Positions 37,360 to 47,416 of a stretch of 64,000 nt of DNA are shown here, piece after piece. The DNA is from Gemmatimonadota bacterium (GTDB lineage: Bacteria; Latescibacterota; UBA2968), in assembly GCA_026705765.1 (NCBI GenBank), contig JAPPAB010000099.1, positions 14,833 through 78,832 of the forward strand. The letters are read 5' to 3'. The first letter of the stretch is position 1. Each line of letters starts with the position of its first letter. A program made the translations under genes and the position numbers. Under the pieces are notes generated by a model. The model saw nothing but the letters and a program-made list of their open reading frames with translations. It did no database searches and was not told the DNA's origin.

Positions 37360-40300
37360 TTATATCTCTACTGGAACTATTTTTTGCGTTTTCGGCTGAT
37401 ATACCATGCCTGTAAGTAATTTTTCGAGTGTGTTGGTGACGCGGAAGACAACGCGATTTTTGCCCTGTTTGAGGTGGACTGTTTTTCCAGTCCAGCAATA
37501 GGGCGCCCAGGCGCGTACGCCCAGAGACTGTCCGTTGATTGTTATTTCGACGATGTCGGAGAGGGTTTTCACGGTGCGTTCGAGGTCTATTTTGAAATGC
37601 GCGGTTTTGGGCAGGGTTTTGAAATCGATGTCCCGGGTATATGACACGGTGCCAGCATAGAAGGGCAGTCCCTGCGCTTTGAGGTCAAAAATAGGACCGC
37701 TATCTTGAAGGGGTGTTAGTTTGGGATATACGCTGCGCCAGGATTTGACCTGAAAACGTCCAAAGAGATACAGGGCATCGACGAGGCCATCGCCCGGGTT
37801 GTTGGCTTCCACGCGGATGGCGATCACATTTTTGCCCTTGTTTATGCGCTGTCCCACGGAACACGTCGCGTTGGCGTGATCGAATCGGAAGGTGGGACGA
37901 AATGCATTGCTCGGCAATTTGGAACCGTTGATGTAGATCTGATGCTCTCCCTGAATAGCACTTCGATCCATGACCAGGGAGAGTTTGCTGGGGACGATGT
38001 CTGCGATAAAGGTTGTTCGGTACCAAAAAATCGTTTTTTCTGCTGAATCGTCAAGAGGTTGTGGGCGCGTTTCGGACCATCTGCTATCGCTATAAGTCGG
38101 TTGATGCCAGTTCTGGCGCAGGCCTGTGTTAGACGGGTCGATTTTTGTTTTGAATTTGTCCAGGCGCAGTGCGTTATCTTCTTCTGGGTCAACTTTCCAG
38201 TGGCCTGTTAAATTGAGTTTGAGCGTTTCTACCGGAAGCTCTTCTTTTTTTGTTTTTGCAGGGCCTGTTACGATCATGTGTGATTGCAGCCGATCAAAGG
38301 AGAGGTCGATGCGGCTCATTTCTCCGGTGGATTTGACCACAAGGGGTGTGCGGTTGCCCGTTTCCAAATCCCATTTTTCTATTTTTCTACTGGTGGGAGG
38401 TATATAAATTTGCGTTGTAATGGGTGAATTTCCCCGATTGGCAAAAAAGAATATGTGGTGCTTTTCATCTGTGCGGTGGTGATATTGTATCGCGTCGGCG
38501 TTTTTTCCGTCGGACATGATGCGTACTCGCCGGGGCAGAATTTCGTCGAGCAGGCGTTCCAGCATGAATGTCGCCTGATTTTTTTCTACCGTACCCCCCG
38601 TACGGATAAACATGAAGTTGTCTCGACTCAGCAGGTGGACGCCCGATTCGTGGCCGGTGTAATCGCGAATCATTCGCCCCGGTTCCATGTCGGTTAACCG
38701 CGAAAATCCCTCGACGATTGATGCGCCTTCTTGAATATCCTCAATGGGCAATAATCCCAGGGCGATGACGAGGCCGCCTGCATTGATAAATGCGCGTAGC
38801 TTATCAAAAGCTTCGCGTTCCAGATTGGTGATGGGGGGAAGGACCAGGACCGTGTAGCGCGTTTTGCCGATCTGCAATTGGCGGTTGATGATTTCCGCCT
38901 GGGCGAGGAGGGCCGGGTCAAGGCTTTGAAATGGCCGTTGCATCTGATACAGGGCGCGGGCAATACAAGCCCAGTCGGCAACGAGGTTATTGGTCAGTGT
39001 TTCTTCATCGGGATCATAGCCGACATAAGACCAGTTGTGAAACGGGTGTGCGAGGTGTGCCCACAAGCTGGTGACAGGGTCGAGGAGTGCAATATCGGCT
39101 ACTTGCTGACCCCGGCACAAGAGATGGGCAAGTCGCCCCGCGTAGTCAGACAGCAGGTGAAAGTGTTTCCAGTAGGGATTTTGATGAAATAGAGATGTGG
39201 CGTGTTTGCGCAATCCGTCGAGTGTGTAGTAGAGGGCGTGGGGCGCAAAGAAGTTGGTGCCGTGGGTGCCGAGGGTATCGAGCTGTGCTTTCATATCTTG
39301 CAGCGTGGTTGCCCAGCCCGTGTTTTGAAAACAGGTATTGATTATGCGCGAAGTGTTTGTCTGGGCGGCGAGTGCCGTTGCAAATTCAGGGCTGTGGCGA
39401 TATGATATGACGTTTTCTCTGGTGCTTTCAACGTCGAGACTGCCGCCTGTACCAGGTATGGGTATGGAAGTGCGATGAGCATTGCGAAGCGGGGTTATAT
39501 CGCTCGCGTAATTGAGGTCGTGCTCTTTGCACCAGTCGGCACTGCGCGCGCTGTCGTGCCGCTGTTGCAGTTCGCTCAGGGTTTGAAAATAGTCGTAGCG
39601 AATGCGACCCGTGTTGGGACCAAAGTAGGTTATGAGGGCAGGCAAGCAGGACAGGAGATTGTAGCCGTTGCGCGTTTGGAAGTAGTCGGGCAATACGGAT
39701 GACCAGGGCAGGCGATCTTTGGGGAAATGCGTTTCCGAGGTTAAAATGCCCTTTAAGGTTTTGCCCTGATAAGCGGAAAATTGTTCGATGTAGGGCTGTT
39801 GAATGGTCTGATGCAGGGTGCGGACAGACTCTGGATTGAATCGATCGAGGTGTGAGCCGGGACAATCGCTATTTGCCGAGGGTTCTTGTAAAAAAACGAG
39901 CACGCGCCAGCGTCCGGCAGGTGCTTTCCAGTACAGGCGGCGGGTGGGGTTAAAAGATACGTAATTGTAGGGATGGTGGGCGGACACAGCACTGTTGTTG
40001 CGCAATGCGTGGTGTTGATGATTGACGCCTAGATAAGCGCTGATATCTTGTTTGTCTTCCCACAAACAGCGGTCTCTTCGCAAGGGAACAGCGAATGCTT
40101 GCAACACGGGTGCCCAGGGTAGCGTAAGGTCAACTTGTTGGCCGCCCTGTACAACGGTTTCGCGAAAGGTGAGTTGTTGTGCGACGAATTGGGGGTGGTT
40201 TAAGGTGATCTGGGTTGATCCAATACCACCTGGATAGCGGTATTCGTCGTGGATCCAGACATGGAGGCCATTTTCTTCTGCGGTTTCGAGTGCCAATTTT

Positions 40301-40527
40301 ACGCGCTCGAACCAGATGTGCGACAAATAGGGCGTTTTTAGCCCGGGACCTGTTGATAGGCAAAATCCACCCAGCCCTTTTTCGCTCATTTCGCGGATTT
40401 GGCGGACGAGTTCGTTTTCTTCTATGATGCCGTTCCATATCCAAAATGGAACGAGGCGATCAGCAGCAGGGGGATTGATGAAGTTTTTGAGGTCCATAAG
40501 TTCAGGGGATTTAGCTTGTGTCAGCAC
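37360..40527 (-). CDS. Large glycoside hydrolase-like protein (family uncertain)
   Basis: 1055 aa. N-terminal PFWIWNG...GLGGFCLSTGPGL region typical of a family of big bacterial GHs, with probable galactose-binding-like beta-sandwich C-terminal domains. Confidence 0.45.
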   Translation of the reverse strand: MLTQAKSPELMDLKNFINPPAADRLVPFWIWNGIIEENELVRQIREMSEKGLGGFCLSTGPGLKTPYLSHIWFERVKLALETAEENGLHVWIHDEYRYPGGIGSTQITLNHPQFVAQQLTFRETVVQGGQQVDLTLPWAPVLQAFAVPLRRDRCLWEDKQDISAYLGVNHQHHALRNNSAVSAHHPYNYVSFNPTRRLYWKAPAGRWRVLVFLQEPSANSDCPGSHLDRFNPESVRTLHQTIQQPYIEQFSAYQGKTLKGILTSETHFPKDRLPWSSVLPDYFQTRNGYNLLSCLPALITYFGPNTGRIRYDYFQTLSELQQRHDSARSADWCKEHDLNYASDITPLRNAHRTSIPIPGTGGSLDVESTRENVISYRHSPEFATALAAQTNTSRIINTCFQNTGWATTLQDMKAQLDTLGTHGTNFFAPHALYYTLDGLRKHATSLFHQNPYWKHFHLLSDYAGRLAHLLCRGQQVADIALLDPVTSLWAHLAHPFHNWSYVGYDPDEETLTNNLVADWACIARALYQMQRPFQSLDPALLAQAEIINRQLQIGKTRYTVLVLPPITNLEREAFDKLRAFINAGGLVIALGLLPIEDIQEGASIVEGFSRLTDMEPGRMIRDYTGHESGVHLLSRDNFMFIRTGGTVEKNQATFMLERLLDEILPRRVRIMSDGKNADAIQYHHRTDEKHHIFFFANRGNSPITTQIYIPPTSRKIEKWDLETGNRTPLVVKSTGEMSRIDLSFDRLQSHMIVTGPAKTKKEELPVETLKLNLTGHWKVDPEEDNALRLDKFKTKIDPSNTGLRQNWHQPTYSDSRWSETRPQPLDDSAEKTIFWYRTTFIADIVPSKLSLVMDRSAIQGEHQIYINGSKLPSNAFRPTFRFDHANATCSVGQRINKGKNVIAIRVEANNPGDGLVDALYLFGRFQVKSWRSVYPKLTPLQDSGPIFDLKAQGLPFYAGTVSYTRDIDFKTLPKTAHFKIDLERTVKTLSDIVEITINGQSLGVRAWAPYCWTGKTVHLKQGKNRVVFRVTNTLEKLLTGMVYQPKTQKIVPVEI

Positions 40528-40744
40528 AGGCCTGACATATATATGTAACTACCCGGCCGTGCGGGCGAATACGGGTGAGTTTTATCTCGCCTTCCCGCTG
40601 TTTGCACTGCGCGCAGGGTCGGTCTAATTTGGGGGCGTTTAGGCCCGCGCAGGTATCACAGCGATAAAGGACGCGCTTGATGCCGTTTTCGATATGCGTT
40701 TGTGCTTTTGTTGCTGGAACTTTGCCACATTGTTCGCAAATCAA
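40511..40744 (-). CDS. Small double zinc-ribbon protein
   Basis: Four CxxC pairs in 77 aa (CEQC, CDTC, CAQC, CQAC). Overlaps the GH start by 17 nt. Confidence 0.4.
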   Translation of the reverse strand: MICEQCGKVPATKAQTHIENGIKRVLYRCDTCAGLNAPKLDRPCAQCKQREGEIKLTRIRPHGRVVTYICQACADTS

Positions 40745-40935
40745 TGGCGTGACCTCGCGTTTTGAGATGCCCGCATTCCGTTTGTTTATAACCCCGAAAA
40801 ATTTAATGCCTGAATAGAAAAAGTCAAGTTATTTTAATAAAATGTTGTTTTATTATAAGTTTATAGAATGATATATAAGCTGTTAAAATACGCACTTGTC
40901 AACAGTAAGCCTTATCATTATACTACCGAGGTGTT

Positions 40936-41547
40936 ATGAACGAGCAAATTTACGGTCTTGTACTGGCCGCGGGTATGGCGCGGCGCATGGGGTCAACTAA
41001 GCAGTTGTTGCCCTTTGGTGACCGAACGGTTCTTCAAACGGTGGTCGATACGCTAAATGGTGCTGATCTGACTGGCGTTGTGGTGGTTTTGGGGCACGAT
41101 GCAGATGCTGTGCGCGAGAGTTTGCGCGGTCGGCCCGTGCTGTGTTGCGTGAATGATGCGTACCGCGAGGGGATGTTTTCCAGTGTGCTTTGCGGTCTTC
41201 GCCATTTGCCCGGGGATGCAGATGCGGTGCTGATCGCTCTCGGGGATCAGCCTCAGATTGAGTTGCGCGTTGTTCAGGCTGTGGTGCAGGCATACCGCGA
41301 GGGGGAGAGGGGTATTGTGATTCCCGTTTCGGGTGGAAAGCGCGGGCATCCGGTGTTGATCAATTTGTCGCGTTACCGGGGCGAGATTCTAAGGCTTTCT
41401 GGGGATGAGGGTCTCAAGCCGGTTATGCGCGGGCATCCGCAAGATACGCTGGAGGTGCCGGTGGGTGATGAGGGTATTTTGCGGGATCTGGATACGCCAG
41501 AAGATTATCGGGCGGAGATGGAGAGGCGAGGGATAAATGGAGAATAG
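40936..41547 (+). CDS. MobA-like NTP-transferase (molybdenum cofactor cytidylyl/guanylyltransferase-like)
   Basis: GLVLAAGMARRMGSTKQLLPF nucleotide-binding N-terminus. Confidence 0.6.
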   Translation: MNEQIYGLVLAAGMARRMGSTKQLLPFGDRTVLQTVVDTLNGADLTGVVVVLGHDADAVRESLRGRPVLCCVNDAYREGMFSSVLCGLRHLPGDADAVLIALGDQPQIELRVVQAVVQAYREGERGIVIPVSGGKRGHPVLINLSRYRGEILRLSGDEGLKPVMRGHPQDTLEVPVGDEGILRDLDTPEDYRAEMERRGINGE

Positions 41548-41550
41548 AAG

Positions 41551-42600
41551 ATGTTGAAAAAAGATGTTGAGATTGCATTGAAGAAGGGGCAGGTGATTCC
41601 CGCACATCCGCTGGCGCTGACCGCAGCGCGGAAGCTGGATGCCCGGCGTCAGCAGGCGTTGTCGCGCTATTATATTGCTGCTGGTGCGGGGGGATTGGCC
41701 GTGGGGGTGCATACGACGCAGTTTGAAATCCGCGATCCGAAATGGGATTTGTATCGGCCGGTTCTGGAACTGGCTGGGGATGTGATGGATGCCGAGGCAC
41801 CGGCTGATTTTATCCGCGTGGCTGGCATTGTGGGCAATACGCGACAGGCGGTGGCAGAGGCAGAGGTCGCGCGCGATTGCGGCTATGAGGTCGGGTTGGT
41901 GAGTTTGCGTGCTTTTGCCAATGCAGATGTCGATGCGATGGTTGCACATTGCCGCGCTGTGGCCGATGTGATTCCGGTGATGGGGTTTTATCTGCAGCCG
42001 GCTGTGGGGGGATGTGTGTTGCCGTTTGATTTTTGGCGGCGTTTTGCAGAGATTGAGTCTGTGGTGGGTATTAAGATTGCGCCTTTTAATCGGTATCAGA
42101 CGCTGGATGTGATTCGCGGGGTTGTGGCGGCGGGGCGGGTGGCGGATATTGCGCTTTATACGGGTAATGACGATAATATTGTGATGGATTTGCTGACGTC
42201 GCATCGGTTTTGGTGCGATGATGCGTGTGTGGATGTGCGTATTGTAGGTGGGCTTTTGGGGCATTGGGCGGTGTGGACAAAGAAGGCGGTGGAGATATTG
42301 AGGACGTGTCGCGAAGTTGCGCAATCGGATGCTGTGCCAGGGGAGATGCTGACGCGGGCGATTGAGGTGACGGATTGCAATGCGGCGTTTTTTGATGTGG
42401 CCCATGATTTTCACGGGTGTATTGCCGGCGTTCACGAGGTGTTGCGAAGGCAGGGGCTTTTGGAGGGTGTGTGGTGTTTGAATCCCGAGGAGGGTCTGTC
42501 GCCGGGACAAGCAGAGGAGATCGACCGCGTGTATGATGCTTATCCGCATTTGAATGACGACGATTTTGTGGCGGCGCATTTGGATGCGTGGTTGGGGTGA
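41551..42600 (+). CDS. Dihydrodipicolinate synthase-like TIM-barrel protein (DUF993-like)
   Basis: Length and N-terminal region resemble the DapA-family-related DUF993; catalytic Lys not verified. Confidence 0.4.
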   Translation: MLKKDVEIALKKGQVIPAHPLALTAARKLDARRQQALSRYYIAAGAGGLAVGVHTTQFEIRDPKWDLYRPVLELAGDVMDAEAPADFIRVAGIVGNTRQAVAEAEVARDCGYEVGLVSLRAFANADVDAMVAHCRAVADVIPVMGFYLQPAVGGCVLPFDFWRRFAEIESVVGIKIAPFNRYQTLDVIRGVVAAGRVADIALYTGNDDNIVMDLLTSHRFWCDDACVDVRIVGGLLGHWAVWTKKAVEILRTCREVAQSDAVPGEMLTRAIEVTDCNAAFFDVAHDFHGCIAGVHEVLRRQGLLEGVWCLNPEEGLSPGQAEEIDRVYDAYPHLNDDDFVAAHLDAWLG

Positions 42601-42708
42601 GGCGAGGGATGAATTTTGTTGACTTGCAGGGGGTCGCTGTGCATGATGAGTGGTCTGAGATGAAATTGAAGTTCGAGAATGGCAATTTTTAATTGAAGGA
42701 GGTTTGTC

Positions 42709-44118
42709 GTGAAGATGCATATTGGTGGTCAATGGGTGGATAAGGCTGAGAAGATCGATGTGATCAATCCATTTGATAATTCGGTGGTGGATACGGTGCC
42801 AAAAGGCGATGCAGCAGATGCGGAGGTGGCGATTGCGACGGCTGTGCGCGGTGCCAGAGCGATGGCGGCTTTGACGGCTTATGAGCGGTATGAGATTTTG
42901 CATCGGGCTGTGAATTTGATGCGGGAACGGGTCGAGGATTTAGGGCGTACGATTACGCTGGAAGAGGGCAAGGTTCTGGCGGAGGGTATCGGCGAGGCCG
43001 GGCGTGCGATTGAGACGATGACGCTGTCTGCAGAGGAAGCCAAGCGGTTGTACGGCGAGACCATTCCGCTGGATGGCGGTTCGGGCGTGCGCGATCAGTT
43101 TGGTTTTACGCTGCGCGTGCCGTGTGGGGTGGTGCTGGCGATTACGCCGTTTAATTTTCCCCTGAATCTGGTGTGTCACAAGGTGGGTCCTGCACTCGCT
43201 GCGGGCAATGCGGTGATTGTGAAGCCGGCGACAGATACGCCGCTTTCGGCGCTGAAGCTGGTGGAGATTCTGGTGGAGGCCGGTGTGCCTGCCGAGGCAG
43301 TGCAGTGTATTACGGGTCCGGGGAATGAATTGGGCCAGGCACTGTGTTCTGATGGCCGTGTGCGCAAGATCAGTTTTACGGGTAGCCGCGATGTGGGTGA
43401 GGAGATTTGCAATATGGCGGGGTTGAAGAAGGTGACGATGGAACTCGGGTCCAACGCGCCTTTGATCGTGATGCCGGATGCGGATCTGGATCAGGTGGCT
43501 GCTGCGACCGCGACGACGGGTTTTGCCAATGCCGGGCAGGTGTGCATTTCAGCGCAGCGGGTGATTGTCAATGACGCGGTTTACGGCGATTTTATCGATG
43601 CGTTGACGCCAAAGGTCGAGGCGCTGGCGACGGGCAATCCCGTTGATGATGGCGTGATGATGGGTCCGATGGTACGGGAACGCGATGCCGTGCGCGTGCA
43701 GGCGTGGATTCAGGATGCGGTGGGTGCTGGCGCGCGTCTGGTGACGGGCGGCGAGCGCGATGGTGCGATTTATCAGCCGACGATTCTGGCCGATGTGGAT
43801 CCGAGTATGAAAATTTCGTGCGATGAGTTGTTTGGTCCCGCGGTGGGTATTACGCGGTTTGACGATATCGACGCTGCGATTGCGATGGCCAATGATACGA
43901 ATTACGGTTTGAGTGCGGCACTATTTACAGAGAATATCCACTGGGCGATGCGGTTTGCACGAGAGGTCCATTCGGGTAATATCCACGTCAATTGGGGCAC
44001 GCAGTGGCGCGCGGATTTGATGCCTTACGGCGGGCTGAAGGATAGCGGGATGGGCAAGGAGGGTCCAAAGTACGCGGTGGAGGAGATGACGGAGACGAAG
44101 ATGGTGGTGTTTCATTAA
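42709..44118 (+). CDS. NAD(P)-dependent aldehyde dehydrogenase
   Basis: MELGSNAP (ELGGK-like) motif and catalytic Cys in GQVCISAQR. Confidence 0.8.
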   Translation: MKMHIGGQWVDKAEKIDVINPFDNSVVDTVPKGDAADAEVAIATAVRGARAMAALTAYERYEILHRAVNLMRERVEDLGRTITLEEGKVLAEGIGEAGRAIETMTLSAEEAKRLYGETIPLDGGSGVRDQFGFTLRVPCGVVLAITPFNFPLNLVCHKVGPALAAGNAVIVKPATDTPLSALKLVEILVEAGVPAEAVQCITGPGNELGQALCSDGRVRKISFTGSRDVGEEICNMAGLKKVTMELGSNAPLIVMPDADLDQVAAATATTGFANAGQVCISAQRVIVNDAVYGDFIDALTPKVEALATGNPVDDGVMMGPMVRERDAVRVQAWIQDAVGAGARLVTGGERDGAIYQPTILADVDPSMKISCDELFGPAVGITRFDDIDAAIAMANDTNYGLSAALFTENIHWAMRFAREVHSGNIHVNWGTQWRADLMPYGGLKDSGMGKEGPKYAVEEMTETKMVVFH

Positions 44119-44141
44119 AGTTGTTTGTAAGATGCGAAAAA

Positions 44142-44173
44142 ACGGCTCCTTTATTGAGGAGCCGTTTTTTTTT
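44142..44173. terminator. Bidirectional rho-independent terminator
   Basis: ACGGCTCCT-ttattg-AGGAGCCGT flanked by an A-run and a T-run, between convergent genes. Confidence 0.65.
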
Positions 44174-45713
44174 ACCAGTTTTCGACGGGTCCAGCATAAG
44201 GCGCGTGTTCGAATCGACAGGGCGATTCGACGAGGCGCGGGTCGCTTTGTTCGCGCAGGGTTTGCATGAGTGCGGTAGAGAGTTCTTTGCGAGTGGGGGC
44301 GTATTCGGGGTCGTCGGCGATGTTGTTCATGTAGTGCGGGTCCACGCGCAGGTCGTAGAGTTCTTCACGCGGACGTTTGCCAAAGCCGATTTCGAATAGT
44401 TCCTGTACGTCTTCTTCTGCGCGGTGGAGGATCATATAGGATTTTGTGGGGCTGGCGTCCATGTCGGGATAGGCGATGAAGGTTTTCCCTGCCAGGTCTT
44501 CGGCAGAAGGGGCTTCTGCATGGAGGTCATCGAGTCCCTGGGGATCGCCCATGGGCCAGCGGTCGGGTGCAAAGTTGTGGATGTAGAGAAAGTCGGCCGT
44601 GCGGATGGCGCGTTGCGGGTAGGGTAGCTGGCCTTCTCTTGCAGTGCCAACGTGCCGTTCTCGGCCGGTGATGACAAAGGTGCGGTCGGGATCAACGAGG
44701 CCGCTCTGGTCGCTTTTGAGTACGGGGAGCAGGCTTTTGCCGGTCATGGTATTGGGGATGTCTGCGCCCGCGGCTTCGAGGAATGTGGGGGCGAGGTCCA
44801 TGAGATTAACAAAGTCTTCAACGGTGCGTCCCGCGGGGATGTTGTTGGGCCAGCGCGCGGCGAGGGTGACTTCGCAGCCGATGTCGTAGAGGTTGCATTT
44901 GCCGCGGGGAAAGCCCGGTATGCCGTGGTCGCCGCTGACGACGATGAGGGTGTTGTCGAGTTCGCCGATTTCTTCGAGGCGCTGGATCAAGACGCCGAGG
45001 CCCGCGTCAACGGCCTGACATTCGCCCAAGTAGTCGGCTACGTCTTCTCGGATGTCGTGTACATCGGGCAGGAAGCCGGGTAAGCGGCCTTTGAGGTCGT
45101 CGGGTTCCAGATCCCATAAGGCTTTGCCGGAGCCGCGTTCCCAGGAGCGGTGGGTGTTGGTGGGTCCCCACCAGTAGCAGAAGGGTGTGTTTTGGGGACG
45201 GGCGTGGAGGAATGCGTTGAAGTTGTCGCGGGTTTCGTTTAGCAGGGCTTGTTTGGCGCCTTCAACGCCCAGTTCGTCAGCGTTTTTGGTTACCCAGTGG
45301 GAGAATCTGCGGTAGTTGTTGCCGGCGGTTTCATAGCATGTTCGCTCTGCGCCATAAGGGGCGTTGACGGCTTTTCCGGGGGACCAGACTTTGTAGGTGT
45401 AGCCGATGTGGTATCCGGCTTTTTCGAGTTCGAGGGGGTAGGTGGGGATGCTTTCGTCCCATATCGCGCCTTGTAAGATGGCACCGAGGCCGGTTTGCCA
45501 GAAGTATTGTCCAGAGAGGATAGAGCTTCGGCAGGGGGTGCAACTCGGTGCTGGTACAAAGGCGTTGGTGAATAGTGCGCCTTCGCGGGCTATGCGGTCA
45601 AAGTTGGGGGTGTCGATGAGGTGGTTGAGTGAGTCGGGGCCTTCTATGCGCTGATATGCGCTGGCGTAACGCCCCCAGTCGTCGGCAAAAGCAAAGAGGA
45701 TGTTGGGTTGCAT
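44172..45713 (-). CDS. Sulfatase (formylglycine-dependent)
   Basis: PSCTPCRSS CxPxR motif; 513 aa. Confidence 0.8.
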   Translation of the reverse strand: MQPNILFAFADDWGRYASAYQRIEGPDSLNHLIDTPNFDRIAREGALFTNAFVPAPSCTPCRSSILSGQYFWQTGLGAILQGAIWDESIPTYPLELEKAGYHIGYTYKVWSPGKAVNAPYGAERTCYETAGNNYRRFSHWVTKNADELGVEGAKQALLNETRDNFNAFLHARPQNTPFCYWWGPTNTHRSWERGSGKALWDLEPDDLKGRLPGFLPDVHDIREDVADYLGECQAVDAGLGVLIQRLEEIGELDNTLIVVSGDHGIPGFPRGKCNLYDIGCEVTLAARWPNNIPAGRTVEDFVNLMDLAPTFLEAAGADIPNTMTGKSLLPVLKSDQSGLVDPDRTFVITGRERHVGTAREGQLPYPQRAIRTADFLYIHNFAPDRWPMGDPQGLDDLHAEAPSAEDLAGKTFIAYPDMDASPTKSYMILHRAEEDVQELFEIGFGKRPREELYDLRVDPHYMNNIADDPEYAPTRKELSTALMQTLREQSDPRLVESPCRFEHAPYAGPVENW

Positions 45714-45746
45714 GGGTTCTCCATTTTTGGTGTGGATGTTGAAAGC

Positions 45747-47093
45747 CTATTTCGGTGTGGTGTATTCCGCCGCGCTTTCGCCCGCGATGAGGCCATACGC
45801 GAGGCCCATGCACAAACCGCCCGTGTAGCCGCGGGTGTAGATGCCGCCACAGTCGGCGCCGGCTGCGTAGAGGCCCGGGATGGGCTGGTCGTTTTTGTCT
45901 ATGACTTGTGCCTGGGCATTGACTTTGGCACCGCCGTAGGTGAAGGTGATGCCGGGGCGTGTGCGGATGGCGTAATAGGGCGGTGTGTTGAGGGGGATGA
46001 GGCCGCCGGTTTTTGGTATTGAGAGGGTTTGGCCGTTGCCGGTGGCGCAGGCGGTTGCGTATTCGGCCATTGTTTTTTTGAAGGTGTGAGCGGGGATGTG
46101 CCAGCGGTTGGTCAGTGCGCGGGTGAGTTCTTCAAGGGATGGTGTTTTGATGACTTCGCCGCCTGCTTCGCGGATGTTTTTAACGCGGTCGTTGTCTGGC
46201 GTGGGCCATTGGGAGAGCGCGTTCTGGTTGTCGCGGATGTGCTGGTCAAAGATGAGGATGGCAGTGGCCCGGGGTTGCTGGACGAGGGTGTGGCAGGTGA
46301 CTTCGTCGCCGAGATATTCGTCGTCGAATCGCTCGCCTTTGAGGTTGATTAAGATGGCGTATTCGCTGAAGTCGGGTTTGACTGTGAGGAAGTTGTGGAG
46401 GCCGACTCGTGCGGGTGGTGCGGGCAGGAGATGGCCGTAGAAACGGTTGAGGGGGCCTGTGGGTTGCGCGCCTGCTTCGAGTGCGCTTTGAAATCCTCCG
46501 CCGGTGTTTTGGGGTACGCCTCGGACGATCATGTGATCGGATTCTGTGCCGAAGTACTGCGCGCGCAATTCGGGGCTGGCCTGGTATCCGCCGGTTGATA
46601 GGATGACGGAGCGGGCTGTTATTTCTGTATGTGTGGTTTTGACGCCTGTGATGGGTTTGCCGTTGCCGCCGACGAGGCCGGTCAGGCCGGTGTGTGTGAG
46701 GATGGTGCCGCCCATGTGTTGGAACTGGTAGCCGAGGATTTCCATTGCGGTGCGGGCGTCGGGTGTGAATTGGTAGATGGTGCGTTGAAATTTGTACGGT
46801 TTGTCTTCGCGCGCTTGTAGGGATACGCCCTGTTTGCGGAGCCATTCGATGCCTGTGTAGAAGCGGTCGATCAAGGCGGAGCCAAGTGCTGTGTCGCCGT
46901 TGGGCTGCACTTTGAGCCATTCGTCGATGTTTTTTGCACACCAGATGGTGCCGCCCGATGCGGCTGCAGATCCGCCGATTGTTTCGGCTTTTTCGATGAG
47001 GGCTACGGATGCGCCTTTTTCCCGGGCACGCAACGCCGCACACAATCCGCCTATGCCCGCGCCCGCTACTATGACGTCGTAATGGTTGGACAT
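45747..47093 (-). CDS. FAD-dependent oxidoreductase (FAD_binding_2 / flavoprotein dehydrogenase family)
   Basis: DVIVAGAGIGGLCAA dinucleotide-binding motif; 448 aa. Confidence 0.7.
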   Translation of the reverse strand: MSNHYDVIVAGAGIGGLCAALRAREKGASVALIEKAETIGGSAAASGGTIWCAKNIDEWLKVQPNGDTALGSALIDRFYTGIEWLRKQGVSLQAREDKPYKFQRTIYQFTPDARTAMEILGYQFQHMGGTILTHTGLTGLVGGNGKPITGVKTTHTEITARSVILSTGGYQASPELRAQYFGTESDHMIVRGVPQNTGGGFQSALEAGAQPTGPLNRFYGHLLPAPPARVGLHNFLTVKPDFSEYAILINLKGERFDDEYLGDEVTCHTLVQQPRATAILIFDQHIRDNQNALSQWPTPDNDRVKNIREAGGEVIKTPSLEELTRALTNRWHIPAHTFKKTMAEYATACATGNGQTLSIPKTGGLIPLNTPPYYAIRTRPGITFTYGGAKVNAQAQVIDKNDQPIPGLYAAGADCGGIYTRGYTGGLCMGLAYGLIAGESAAEYTTPK

Positions 47094-47283
47094 TCTGTTT
47101 CTCCTGTGAATATCGGGATGCCATCCTAATACAGTTTATTCCCGCTGTCAAGGCAAAGAAAAAAGAGGTGAAATTATCTCACCTCCTTGAGTGCAGAAAT
47201 CAAGCGGAAATAATACCCTATATGTCCACAGCAATTTTAAAAAATGGGCTTACGCCATCCCGACGTAAGCCCTTGTGTTTTTA

Positions 47284-47373
47284 TGGTGCCGAAGGTGGGA
47301 CTCGAACCCACACGGCCTTGCGGCCACTGGATTTTGAGTCCAGCGCGTCTACCAATTCCACCACTTCGGCACC
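47284..47373 (-). tRNA. tRNA-Leu (anticodon CAA)
   Basis: Manual fold of the reverse complement: 7-bp acceptor stem, anticodon stem CTGGA/TCCAG with loop CTCAAAA, long variable arm, TTCGAGT T-loop, CCA end; 90 nt. Confidence 0.8.
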
Positions 47374-47416
47374 TGAAGTCCTGTGGTCAAGAATATCCCA
47401 AACACGGGATTGTGTG

